Source: Planctomycetota bacterium (lineage in GTDB: Bacteria; Planctomycetota; UBA1135; UBA2386). Taken from it: 64,000 nucleotides of DNA. Under the pieces are notes generated by a model. It saw only the letters and a list, made by a program, of their open reading frames with translations, was not told the origin of the DNA and ran no database searches. Shown here piece by piece: positions 28,495 to 36,465 of the stretch. Location of the stretch: positions 9,883-73,882 of the forward strand of contig JANQJF010000024.1 in NCBI GenBank assembly GCA_028281765.1, in the 5' to 3' direction. A program made the position numbers and the translations under genes. How positions within the stretch are numbered: the stretch's first letter is position 1; every line of letters begins with the position of its first letter.

Positions 28495-28917
28495 ATGAAG
28501 TGGCTCATCACCATCACGCTGCTCGCGATCGGCGGACTCGCCGCGGTCGTGTTCCACCGCGAGAGCGAGCGCGCGTCCCACTCGGGCACGTCAGGCTCGA
28601 TCTCCACCGACCCCGTCGCGACGATCACGCGCGGCGCCCGCGTCGACGTCGCTGCCCACGTGCCGAGCACGGGCAAGACGATCGTCTACTTCACGGCCGA
28701 CTGGTGACCCCCTTGCCGGAAACTGAGCCCTCAGTTGGAGCGGCTCGCGAACGAACGGTCGGACATCTCGCTGCGCGTCGTCGACATCGTCGACTGGGAG
28801 TCGGAGGTCGCGGCACAGTACTCGATCCGGGGGCTACCGACGCTGTGGCTCTACGAAGATGGCCGGCAGGTCGCGACGGAGCTGGGTGACGTGCTCGGAC
28901 GGCTGAACGGGCGATAG
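28495..28917 (+). CDS. Thioredoxin-like protein with in-frame TGA (UxxC), probable selenoprotein
   Basis: YFTADW-TGA(28705-28707)-PPCRKLSPQLERLA..YSIRGLPTLWLY continues in frame to TAG 28917; N-terminal TM/signal. Confidence 0.8.
28715..28744 (+). promoter_or_regulatory. Putative bacterial SECIS hairpin
   Basis: GCCG-GA-AACTGA-GCCC-TCAGTT-GGAG-CGGC; apical loop begins with G, 19 nt after the TGA. Confidence 0.6.
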
Positions 28918-29078
28918 TGCTCCGCGTCCGAAGGCCGCATCTGAAGTAACCGGCCATTCGACCCGCTCGCTGAGTTGCTGCTCCTCAACTTGTCCACCGA
29001 CAAGCCGTGTCGTCCCAGCGCCTTGCGCGCGAATCGACTGCCACGGCTACTTCTACTACGGACTTGAGACGAGGAGCG

Positions 29079-30404
29079 CTAACGCACCTCGGCTGCCTCG
29101 CGCGCGACCGCGCGCACCGCATCCTGCAGCCGATCCTTGTCGGGCACCAGCCCATCGCGCGGCACGTAGCTCTCCGTGAGATCCTTCACGAGCGGCAACA
29201 CGAGCTGGCGGGTCTCCCCGCGCAGCCCGCGCAGGTACTCGACCGTGCGGTTCACGAACTCGTCCTCGCGCGTGAGCTTCGCCCAGCCGGCGCGCTCGAC
29301 GATGCGGCGGATCTTGCCCGCGACTTCGTGCGGGCGTTGCTCGCGACGCTTGCGGCGCAGTCGCGCCGCGGCGTCACCGTAGCTGTCGCCGAGGTCCTCG
29401 AGTCGCTCCATCGCCGCGAGCGTCGGCCCGAAACCCGACTCGGTCAGGCGCGTGATTGCGACGCCGTTCGCCGGGTGGTTCGCCTGCGGCAGCAGTTCAT
29501 GCATCAGCAAGAACGCGGCGGGATGATCGGAGTAGGACGCGGCCATCATCGCGAGCGCGCGGTCCTCGTCGTCGGCCTTGGAGTTTCGAACGACACGCTC
29601 GAAGCGCGCGAACGGAATGTGCTGCGGCTCGATCTTCGAGAACGCGAGGTACGCCTCGCGGCGCAGCGTCGCGTTCGGGTGACGCGTCAGCTGCTCGAGT
29701 TGGATCATGTAGGCCGGCTCGCGGATGCCGCTGCCGATGAGCCCGCGAACGGCCCGCGAGACCTGGTGCAGATACCGTTTCCCTTCCTCTGGCTGCACCC
29801 CGCGCTGCAACTCGCCGATGTCGCGCGGCGCGACGAGCCACGCGAGGATCGCGATCTCGGGATCGATCGGGCCGGGGTAGCGATCCCCGACCTTCTCCGG
29901 CAGGACGTTCTTGTCGCGGACGGCCTCCGCGACCCACTTCAAGAACGGGAGCTCGTCCGCGTGCTTCTCGTACCACCCCAGGAACAGGGCCGGCTGCTGC
30001 AGCAACAGCGTGATCGCGTCTTCTTGCGAGTGCGTCCCGGGCTGCTGCGCGGGCAGTCCACCGGCGCCCGGCAGCTGCACCGCGCGTGACTTGCTGTGGC
30101 GACCGAACCACGCGGCGACCCGCAGCCATTCCGGCGCCTGGTTGACCGCGAGGTGTTTGGCTGCGACCGGCGGCGCCGTGCCGAACGTCTCCTTGTGGTC
30201 GTAGATGGCGATCCACTCGAGAAGCTCGTGATCGCGGAGATCAGCCAATTGCTGCAGGAGCGCGACGTGCTGCTGCGGATCCTTCGATGCCTCGAGGTAC
30301 TCGAGCCAGCGCTGCTCGAGCGACAGCTTCTCGAAGCCCACCGGCAGCTGCTGCGCAGCGGCCCCGGTCAGGCACATGAACCAGACGGCGGCGCTGCGAA
30401 TCAT
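29079..30404 (-). CDS. Secreted hypothetical helical protein (HEAT-like segment)
   Basis: Signal peptide, LEQLTRHPNATLRREAYLAF; 4-nt overlap with upstream gene. Confidence 0.7.
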   Translation of the reverse strand: MIRSAAVWFMCLTGAAAQQLPVGFEKLSLEQRWLEYLEASKDPQQHVALLQQLADLRDHELLEWIAIYDHKETFGTAPPVAAKHLAVNQAPEWLRVAAWFGRHSKSRAVQLPGAGGLPAQQPGTHSQEDAITLLLQQPALFLGWYEKHADELPFLKWVAEAVRDKNVLPEKVGDRYPGPIDPEIAILAWLVAPRDIGELQRGVQPEEGKRYLHQVSRAVRGLIGSGIREPAYMIQLEQLTRHPNATLRREAYLAFSKIEPQHIPFARFERVVRNSKADDEDRALAMMAASYSDHPAAFLLMHELLPQANHPANGVAITRLTESGFGPTLAAMERLEDLGDSYGDAAARLRRKRREQRPHEVAGKIRRIVERAGWAKLTREDEFVNRTVEYLRGLRGETRQLVLPLVKDLTESYVPRDGLVPDKDRLQDAVRAVAREAAEVR

Positions 30405-30979
30405 CGGAGGAGATCCACCCCGAGCGACTCGATCGCACGGATGCGTCCCGTCGACCCGTCGAAGTCGAACGCGACTCGGAGTCGCTCACGATCCTCGACG
30501 ACGAGGCTCAGGACATGGTCGCCGACCCCGAAAACACCGGAGTCGAGGATCAGCTCGAGGGGATACTCGTGCTCGGTGCCCGTCTCGACGAAGCCCTGCC
30601 CGGGAACGAAGCGCCGCTCCGGGATCCGTCCGACGCGACCGATCTCGACGGTCCCCTCGTGAGCCCCGGTCACCGGCCGAAGCGCACCCCGCCCGAACAG
30701 CTCACCCATCTCACGCGCGGTGATGTGGTTCGCCCCATCGACCCCTTCGAAGCCGTGCACCGAATCGATTCCGGAGCCGACCGCTGAGATGACGACGCGC
30801 AGCCTCGCTCCCTCGCTCTCCCGCGTGAGCGTCGCGTCGATGTTCGCGAGCACGCGACGCGAAAAGCCGTCTTCGAAGTACGGCGCCGACTTCGAGGCGA
30901 TCACGTCCGACGGCGCGGACACGGCGACGCACAGCACCGACACGACGACCACTGCAATGATCGAGACAGCACGCATCAT
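30401..30979 (-). CDS. Secreted hypothetical protein
   Basis: GGAGG RBS, hydrophobic N-terminus, operon position. Confidence 0.65.
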   Translation of the reverse strand: MMRAVSIIAVVVVSVLCVAVSAPSDVIASKSAPYFEDGFSRRVLANIDATLTRESEGARLRVVISAVGSGIDSVHGFEGVDGANHITAREMGELFGRGALRPVTGAHEGTVEIGRVGRIPERRFVPGQGFVETGTEHEYPLELILDSGVFGVGDHVLSLVVEDRERLRVAFDFDGSTGRIRAIESLGVDLLR

Positions 30980-30989
30980 CGGGCACCTC

Positions 30990-32327
30990 CTACTTGGGGG
31001 AGCTGTCGAGGGACTGGATCCAGATGTTTCGGAATGACACGGGACTCCCGTGATCTTGCAACAAAATCGGGCCGGGCTGGGGCCCCTCTTTCTGGCCGGC
31101 CCCCGTCTTGTTCTTCAGCTCGACGTCGTCGTGGATGAAGACGCCGTTGTGGATGACCGTGATGCGCGCGTTCTCGGTCTTCTTGTCGCCCTCCCAACGC
31201 GGTTGGCGGAACCAGATGTCGTAGAACTGCCACGCTCCGGGCTCGGCGCACCGATTCGCGTCGGCCTTGCGCTGGCGGTAGAGCGCGCCACAGCCGCCGG
31301 GCTTCGGATCTTCGCCGAAGGAGTCGAGGATCTGCACTTCGTAGCGACGCTGGATGTAGACCCCCGAGTTGCCGCGGGACTGCCCCTCCTTGCCTTCGAC
31401 CCGTTCCGGCGTGCGGAACTCGACGTGCATCCGGAAGTCACCGTACGGCTTCTTGGTGATCACCGACCCCGTGCGTGGCTTGACGCTCATCACGTCACCG
31501 TCAACGGTCCAGGCGTTCGCCCGCCCGTTCGGATGCTCCCACGCATCCGCGTCGAGCACTTCCGCGCCGGTCTGCGGCCTGCCGAACTCCTCTTCACAGT
31601 TCATCGCCCAGCGAATGCCCGCGAGCAGATGCTTCTGGAAGCGCCGGTCGTTCCACACTTCGAACCGATGACCGAGCGCGGTGTAGAACATTCGCCCCTC
31701 GCCGTAGTCGCGCCACCAGCCGGACGCGTAGTCGCCGTCCTTGCGCTTGCCCTTCTCGATCTTCACGGACTCGGGGTCGAGCGTGTAGAGCACGTTGACG
31801 CGCTCGCGAGACCAGTCGCGGAACTGGTAGATCTCGTCCTTGAGGTCGAAGCTCCCGCCGAGCAACGCGGTCGACGGATGCGTGCGGTCCTCGACGCGCA
31901 TCGTCACGTCTTCGTGCCACGGGTGCCCGTCGAAGTATCCGCCGATCAGCTCACCGTACTCCGGCCACTGGTAGAACGTGTCGGTTGCGCAGTGGATGCC
32001 GACGAAGCCACCGCCCGCGCGGATCCACTTCATGAAGGCTTCGCGACCCGCCGCATCGATCGGCAGCTCACCGGTCGTGTAGAAGACCACTGCGCGATAC
32101 TCCGCGAGGTTCGCCTCGTTGATCTCGCTGCAGTCGAACGTCGCGTGGACGTCGAACTGCGGCTGCGCGATCTCCGTCAGCTTCTTGCCGGCGAAGGAGG
32201 CCTTGCCCTTCTGCAGTCGTTTGACGACGCCGTGCGTGAAGCCGGCCGAATGGGTGACGAACAGGACCTTGGGTCGCTGTGCCGGAAGCGCCGCGGCGAG
32301 CAGCAGCGCGAAGCAAAGGGAGCGCAT
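30990..32327 (-). CDS. ThuA-like plus DUF1080 (3-keto-disaccharide hydrolase) protein
   Basis: SAGFTH, GGGFVGIHCATDT, FYTALGH; GNSGVY, YEVQILDS, LQDHG..FRNIW. Confidence 0.92.
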   Translation of the reverse strand: MRSLCFALLLAAALPAQRPKVLFVTHSAGFTHGVVKRLQKGKASFAGKKLTEIAQPQFDVHATFDCSEINEANLAEYRAVVFYTTGELPIDAAGREAFMKWIRAGGGFVGIHCATDTFYQWPEYGELIGGYFDGHPWHEDVTMRVEDRTHPSTALLGGSFDLKDEIYQFRDWSRERVNVLYTLDPESVKIEKGKRKDGDYASGWWRDYGEGRMFYTALGHRFEVWNDRRFQKHLLAGIRWAMNCEEEFGRPQTGAEVLDADAWEHPNGRANAWTVDGDVMSVKPRTGSVITKKPYGDFRMHVEFRTPERVEGKEGQSRGNSGVYIQRRYEVQILDSFGEDPKPGGCGALYRQRKADANRCAEPGAWQFYDIWFRQPRWEGDKKTENARITVIHNGVFIHDDVELKNKTGAGQKEGPQPGPILLQDHGSPVSFRNIWIQSLDSSPK

Positions 32328-32349
32328 GACCCCGAAGGTTACGACTGGA

Positions 32350-33258
32350 TCAGCCGATCGCCAAACGGGCCGCGCCCATCCAGCCGGCGCGGTTGCCGAG
32401 CTGGGCGTGCAGGAGCTTCATCTCCCGAATCGGGAACAGGCGCTCGTGGATGCCCGCCATGATCCCAGGCGTCAGCACGTCGAGCGCTTCCGCGAACCCG
32501 CCGCCGAACACGTAGGTGCGGACGTCGAGCACGACGACGACGGCCGCGAGACCGCGGCCGAGGTCCTTGCCGATCTCGACGAGGAGGTCTCGTTCGGGCC
32601 CCGGCGTCGCGCGCGCGCGGCTCGCGAGCGTTTCCAGGCAGCCGGGCTTCTCGGGCGGCAGCCCGGCTGCCTCGGCGCGCCGACTCGCGGCCGACGCCGA
32701 CGCGACGGTCTCGACGCACCCGCGGTTGCCGCAACCGCACACCGGCCCGTTCGAATCGACACAGACGTGGCCGGCCTCGCACGCGAGCCCGCCACCGACG
32801 TGGAGCTTGCCGTGCAAGACGAGGCCCGAACCGATGCCGGTGCCGAGCGTGACGAACATCATGTCGTCGAGACCACGTCCGACGCCGTATGCCTGCTCTC
32901 CGAGCGCCGCGACGTTGGCGTCGTTCTCGAGGAGGACTCGTTCGGGAGGGAGATCGAAGCGCCGCGCGAGCTCATCGCGCATCGGCACGTCCTGCAGCCA
33001 CGGCAAGTTGGGCGACATCGAAATCAGACCGCGCTCGCGATCGAGTGCGCCCGGCAGTCCGACGCCGATGCCCGCGACCGTGCGATCTCCTCGCAGCTCG
33101 TGCAGGCCCCGCTCGAGTTCGCCGAGCACGTCGCCACTGGCCGAGTCCGCCGGCGTCGGTATCGACTGCTCACCGAGCACGTCGTGCGCGGCGTTCATCG
33201 CTCCTACCTTGAGGGAGGTGCCGCCGACATCGATACCGAGGAAACAAGAATCAGCCAT
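32350..33258 (-). CDS. ROK family sugar kinase (glucokinase-like)
   Basis: GIDVGGT, ENDANVAALGE, LGTGIGSG, EAGH..CGCGNRGCVE. Confidence 0.92.
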   Translation of the reverse strand: MADSCFLGIDVGGTSLKVGAMNAAHDVLGEQSIPTPADSASGDVLGELERGLHELRGDRTVAGIGVGLPGALDRERGLISMSPNLPWLQDVPMRDELARRFDLPPERVLLENDANVAALGEQAYGVGRGLDDMMFVTLGTGIGSGLVLHGKLHVGGGLACEAGHVCVDSNGPVCGCGNRGCVETVASASAASRRAEAAGLPPEKPGCLETLASRARATPGPERDLLVEIGKDLGRGLAAVVVVLDVRTYVFGGGFAEALDVLTPGIMAGIHERLFPIREMKLLHAQLGNRAGWMGAARLAIG

Positions 33259-33330
33259 GTGCCGGCAGTATATGAGCCGTCGATGCGCAAGATGTAGCGA
33301 TCCCTCTTGGTTCGATTCGGAGCGCTCGAC

Positions 33331-34404
33331 TTGGCCGACCCGTTTGCAAATCGCGATCTCACCCGCACGACCCTCGGCGTACTGTTCTTGGTATTGCTCG
33401 CTTCGGCGAGCCTCTGGGTGCTGCGACCGTTCCTTCTGCCGATGGTGTGGGGCGCGACGATCGTCGTCGCCACCTGGCCGCTGCTGACCCGGATGGAGAC
33501 GCGGCTCGGCGGAAAGCGCTGGCTGGCGACGATCGCGTTCGTCGCGATGATGCTCGGCGTATTCGTCGTTCCGATCACCGCACTGATCGGCGTCCTGCTC
33601 GCGCACAGCGACGAGTTGATCGGGATCGAACAGAACCTGCAGGACGTCGCGCTGCCGGCACCCCCGGACTGGCTCGCGAAGTTCCCGCTCGGCGGGGAGA
33701 AGCTGGTGGAGTCCTGGACCGCACTCGCCGCCAAGGGGCCGGACGGCCTCGCGGGGATGATCGCGCCCCACGCCGGCGGGATCGCGAAGTGGGTGCTCGC
33801 GAGCATGGGCGAATTCGGGATGTTCCTGTTCGAGTTCCTGCTGACGACCGCGTTCGCGGCGCTGTTCTTCGCGCGCGGTGAGTTCGCGGAACGGTCGGTA
33901 CGGGACTTCGCGCAGCGCCTGGCCGGACCGCAGGGAGAAAGCGCGGTCGTGCTCGCGGGTCAAGCGATCCGCGGCGTCGCGCTCGGCGTCGTCGTCACCG
34001 CGCTCATCCAGGCGATCGCCGGCGGCCTCGGCCTCGCGATCGCGGGCGTGCCCTTCGCCTCGCTCCTGATGGCCGCAATGTTCTTGCTGTCGGTCGCACA
34101 ACTCGGCGCGGCGCCGGTGCTCGCGTTGTCGAGCGTCTGGCTGTTCTGGCAGGGCAGCGTCGGCTGGGGCATCGCGATGGCCGTGTGGACCCTGGTCGTC
34201 GGCGGCATGGACAACGTCATCCGACCGCTGCTGATCCGACGCGGCGTCGACCTGCCAGTCGTGCTGGTGTTCGTCGGCGTCGTCGGCGGACTCATCGCGT
34301 TCGGCGTGATCGGAATCTTCGTCGGCCCGGTGCTGCTCGCAGTCTGCTGGGCGCTGATGCGCGGCTGGGTCGGAGAAGAAGAAGGAGAAGGTGTCGTGGC
34401 GTGA
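33331..34404 (+). CDS. ydiK: AI-2E family transporter (YdiK-like)
   Basis: DLTRTTLGVL, IVVATWP, LAGQAIRGVALGVVVTA, DNVIRPLLI, GIFVGPVLLAV. Confidence 0.88.
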   Translation: MADPFANRDLTRTTLGVLFLVLLASASLWVLRPFLLPMVWGATIVVATWPLLTRMETRLGGKRWLATIAFVAMMLGVFVVPITALIGVLLAHSDELIGIEQNLQDVALPAPPDWLAKFPLGGEKLVESWTALAAKGPDGLAGMIAPHAGGIAKWVLASMGEFGMFLFEFLLTTAFAALFFARGEFAERSVRDFAQRLAGPQGESAVVLAGQAIRGVALGVVVTALIQAIAGGLGLAIAGVPFASLLMAAMFLLSVAQLGAAPVLALSSVWLFWQGSVGWGIAMAVWTLVVGGMDNVIRPLLIRRGVDLPVVLVFVGVVGGLIAFGVIGIFVGPVLLAVCWALMRGWVGEEEGEGVVA

Positions 34405-34451
34405 CGTGCCGCCCGACTTCGGTCGAAGACGTACGCGCAGTGCGTACCGAC

Positions 34452-34531
34452 GCAGTGCCGAGCTGCGCTCGGCACGCGCGCGGGGTTTTGGCAGACACCA
34501 AGCGCAGAGCCCGAGCGAAGCTCGGCTCTGC
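34452..34531. repeat. Inverted pair of REP-like palindromes
   Basis: GCAG-TGCCGAGC-TGC-GCTCGGCA on plus; GCAG-AGCCGAGC-TTC-GCTCGG on minus. Confidence 0.5.
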
Positions 34532-34564
34532 CTCCGTACCCACAGACCCTCCGATCCGTACACG

Positions 34565-34594
34565 AAAAAGCGGTGGCACCACCGCCACCGCTTC
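34565..34594 (-). terminator. Rho-independent terminator of the BNR-repeat gene
   Basis: Minus strand AGCGGTGGC-GGTGGT-GCCACCGCT followed by T run. Confidence 0.7.
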
Positions 34595-34614
34595 TCGCTC
34601 GAACCCGTTGCTCG

Positions 34615-36369
34615 CTACAGCTGGAACGAGAACGTGTCGGTCAGGTTGCTGACGCCGCCCGAGAAACCGGCCGCGCCGTAGAACACGTCGAGGCCGACCG
34701 CCGGGCCGAGGCCGGCGAAGATGTTCGGCAGCGCGAGGGTGCTACCGGCGCCGCCGACGAGCGTCGCTTCGAAGCCGGGACCGCCGAACGGGGCGATCAT
34801 CGGGCCGAGGTCGAACAGACGACCGTCGCTCGCCGTCAGCGGGCCGGTGCCCGCGGACAGACCGATGATCGCCAGGGTGTCACCGCCGAAGTGGCGCAGG
34901 TCGAAGCTGAGCGTCGTGCTCGCGGGGTTGTAGATGTCGTCCCAGCCGACCGGGGCGCAGGTCTGCGGACGGAAGCCTCCGACGTAGATGCGGTTCGCGG
35001 TGGCGCTAGCCGGCGGGTTCCCGGTGTTCGACAGCCACGTCGAGATGAAGTTGCGGTATGTGGCGTTGTAGGCGACTTCGGCGAAGTCGGCGTCGTTGCC
35101 CGGCTGGTCCGTGTACTGCTGCTCGGTCGTCCAGGTCAGGCCGAGGTCGTCGGAGAACGCGGCCTGGCAGCCTTCGGGCGAGCCGTCGAAGTCCGACGTG
35201 CAGACGACGCCGACCAGCGAACCGTTCGGGTCGCCGGTGATGGCCGGGAAGCCACCGTCCGCCGCGGCGACGACGACGTCCGGACGCCAGCCCGTGCCGC
35301 CGGGAGCCGAGGAGACGTAGAGCGAATCCGAGCCGGTGCGGTTGTCGTCCCACGACAGGTAGAACGTGCCTCCGAACAGGCCGAGGTCGAAGCTGTCGAC
35401 GTCATCGACGCCGCCACCCGTGTAGGTGCCGACCTGCACGTCCGGAGCGAACGTCACGCCGCCGTCGAGGCTCAGCGCGAAGCGGACTTCTTCATTCGAA
35501 GAAGGCAAGCCGAGCTCTTCGAGCCACGCGACGCCGACGAACGGGCCGTCCGCACGGACTTCGATGTTGTTCTCGACGTCACCGACCAACGGGCCAGATG
35601 CATCGATCTGTTGCTCGGTCGTGAGGGTCGCACCACCGTCCAAGCTGGAGACGACGAAAATGTCGTCGTTCGACGCATTGCCACCACGATCGTCGCTGTA
35701 GGCGATGTGCACGATCAGCGGATTGGCCTGGTCGACCGCGAGCGCGATCTGGTCGACATCGTCCGGAGTCGTGTCGACGCGCAGCGGCGGGGCGAATGTC
35801 GCGCCACCGTCGTGCGACGCGAGCAGGTAGAGCTCTTCGTCGGCGCTGCCGGTCGGATCGATGCTGACGAGGAGGTAGACGTCGACCGCGTTCGCCGCGA
35901 TGAAGCGCCAGTCGCGCACGCTACCGGTGCCCGCCGGGGTGCCCTTGTCCAGGAACTGCTCGGGCAGGAACGTCGCGCCACCGTTGGTGGAGCGGGCCAG
36001 ATACATGTCGAAGCGGCCGTTCGTCGGCGAGCGATCGTCTTCCCACGCGACCCAGACGTTGTTGCCTTGGATCTGACACGCGTCGAATTGCGTCAGTTTC
36101 GTGACACCGATCGGACCCTGGTCGACGCGCAGTGGCGCGGACCAGTTCGTGCCGCGGCCGTCGGACGTGACGATGTTGATCGTATCACTGCCGCCGGTGC
36201 CGCCATCCGTGTAGGCGATCGCCGTGAGGTCGCCGTCGGACGCGATCGACGGCAGGATGCCGAAGCCGGTCGACGTCGTGTCGAGAGGACCCTGAGACGG
36301 GCGCGGCTGAACCTGCGCGACGAGGCTGCTGGCGAGGAGCAGCGGAAGGATTGCAAACCGGTTGTTCAT
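34615..36369 (-). CDS. Secreted BNR/Asp-box (sialidase-fold) repeat protein
   Basis: Repeated STNGGATF, SHDGGATF, SLDGGATL, SLDGGVTF, SDDLGLTW. Confidence 0.88.
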   Translation of the reverse strand: MNNRFAILPLLLASSLVAQVQPRPSQGPLDTTSTGFGILPSIASDGDLTAIAYTDGGTGGSDTINIVTSDGRGTNWSAPLRVDQGPIGVTKLTQFDACQIQGNNVWVAWEDDRSPTNGRFDMYLARSTNGGATFLPEQFLDKGTPAGTGSVRDWRFIAANAVDVYLLVSIDPTGSADEELYLLASHDGGATFAPPLRVDTTPDDVDQIALAVDQANPLIVHIAYSDDRGGNASNDDIFVVSSLDGGATLTTEQQIDASGPLVGDVENNIEVRADGPFVGVAWLEELGLPSSNEEVRFALSLDGGVTFAPDVQVGTYTGGGVDDVDSFDLGLFGGTFYLSWDDNRTGSDSLYVSSAPGGTGWRPDVVVAAADGGFPAITGDPNGSLVGVVCTSDFDGSPEGCQAAFSDDLGLTWTTEQQYTDQPGNDADFAEVAYNATYRNFISTWLSNTGNPPASATANRIYVGGFRPQTCAPVGWDDIYNPASTTLSFDLRHFGGDTLAIIGLSAGTGPLTASDGRLFDLGPMIAPFGGPGFEATLVGGAGSTLALPNIFAGLGPAVGLDVFYGAAGFSGGVSNLTDTFSFQL

Positions 36370-36465
36370 CTCTGTTCGCTCGTTGGGGTGGAAGGAGATT
36401 CGAAGAGCGGATCCTAGCGCAACCCACGCAGTCGGGATGGCTTTGCGCTAGATTCTCGCGCGCGC

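Noticed and set aside
28918-29078. Coding-like intergenic stretch (HGYFYYG)
   Set aside because: No convincing start or length and no recognisable family.
33259-34563. N-terminal extension making a 737 aa ROK protein
   Set aside because: Antisense to the YdiK-like gene; the ROK motif begins right after ATG 33258.
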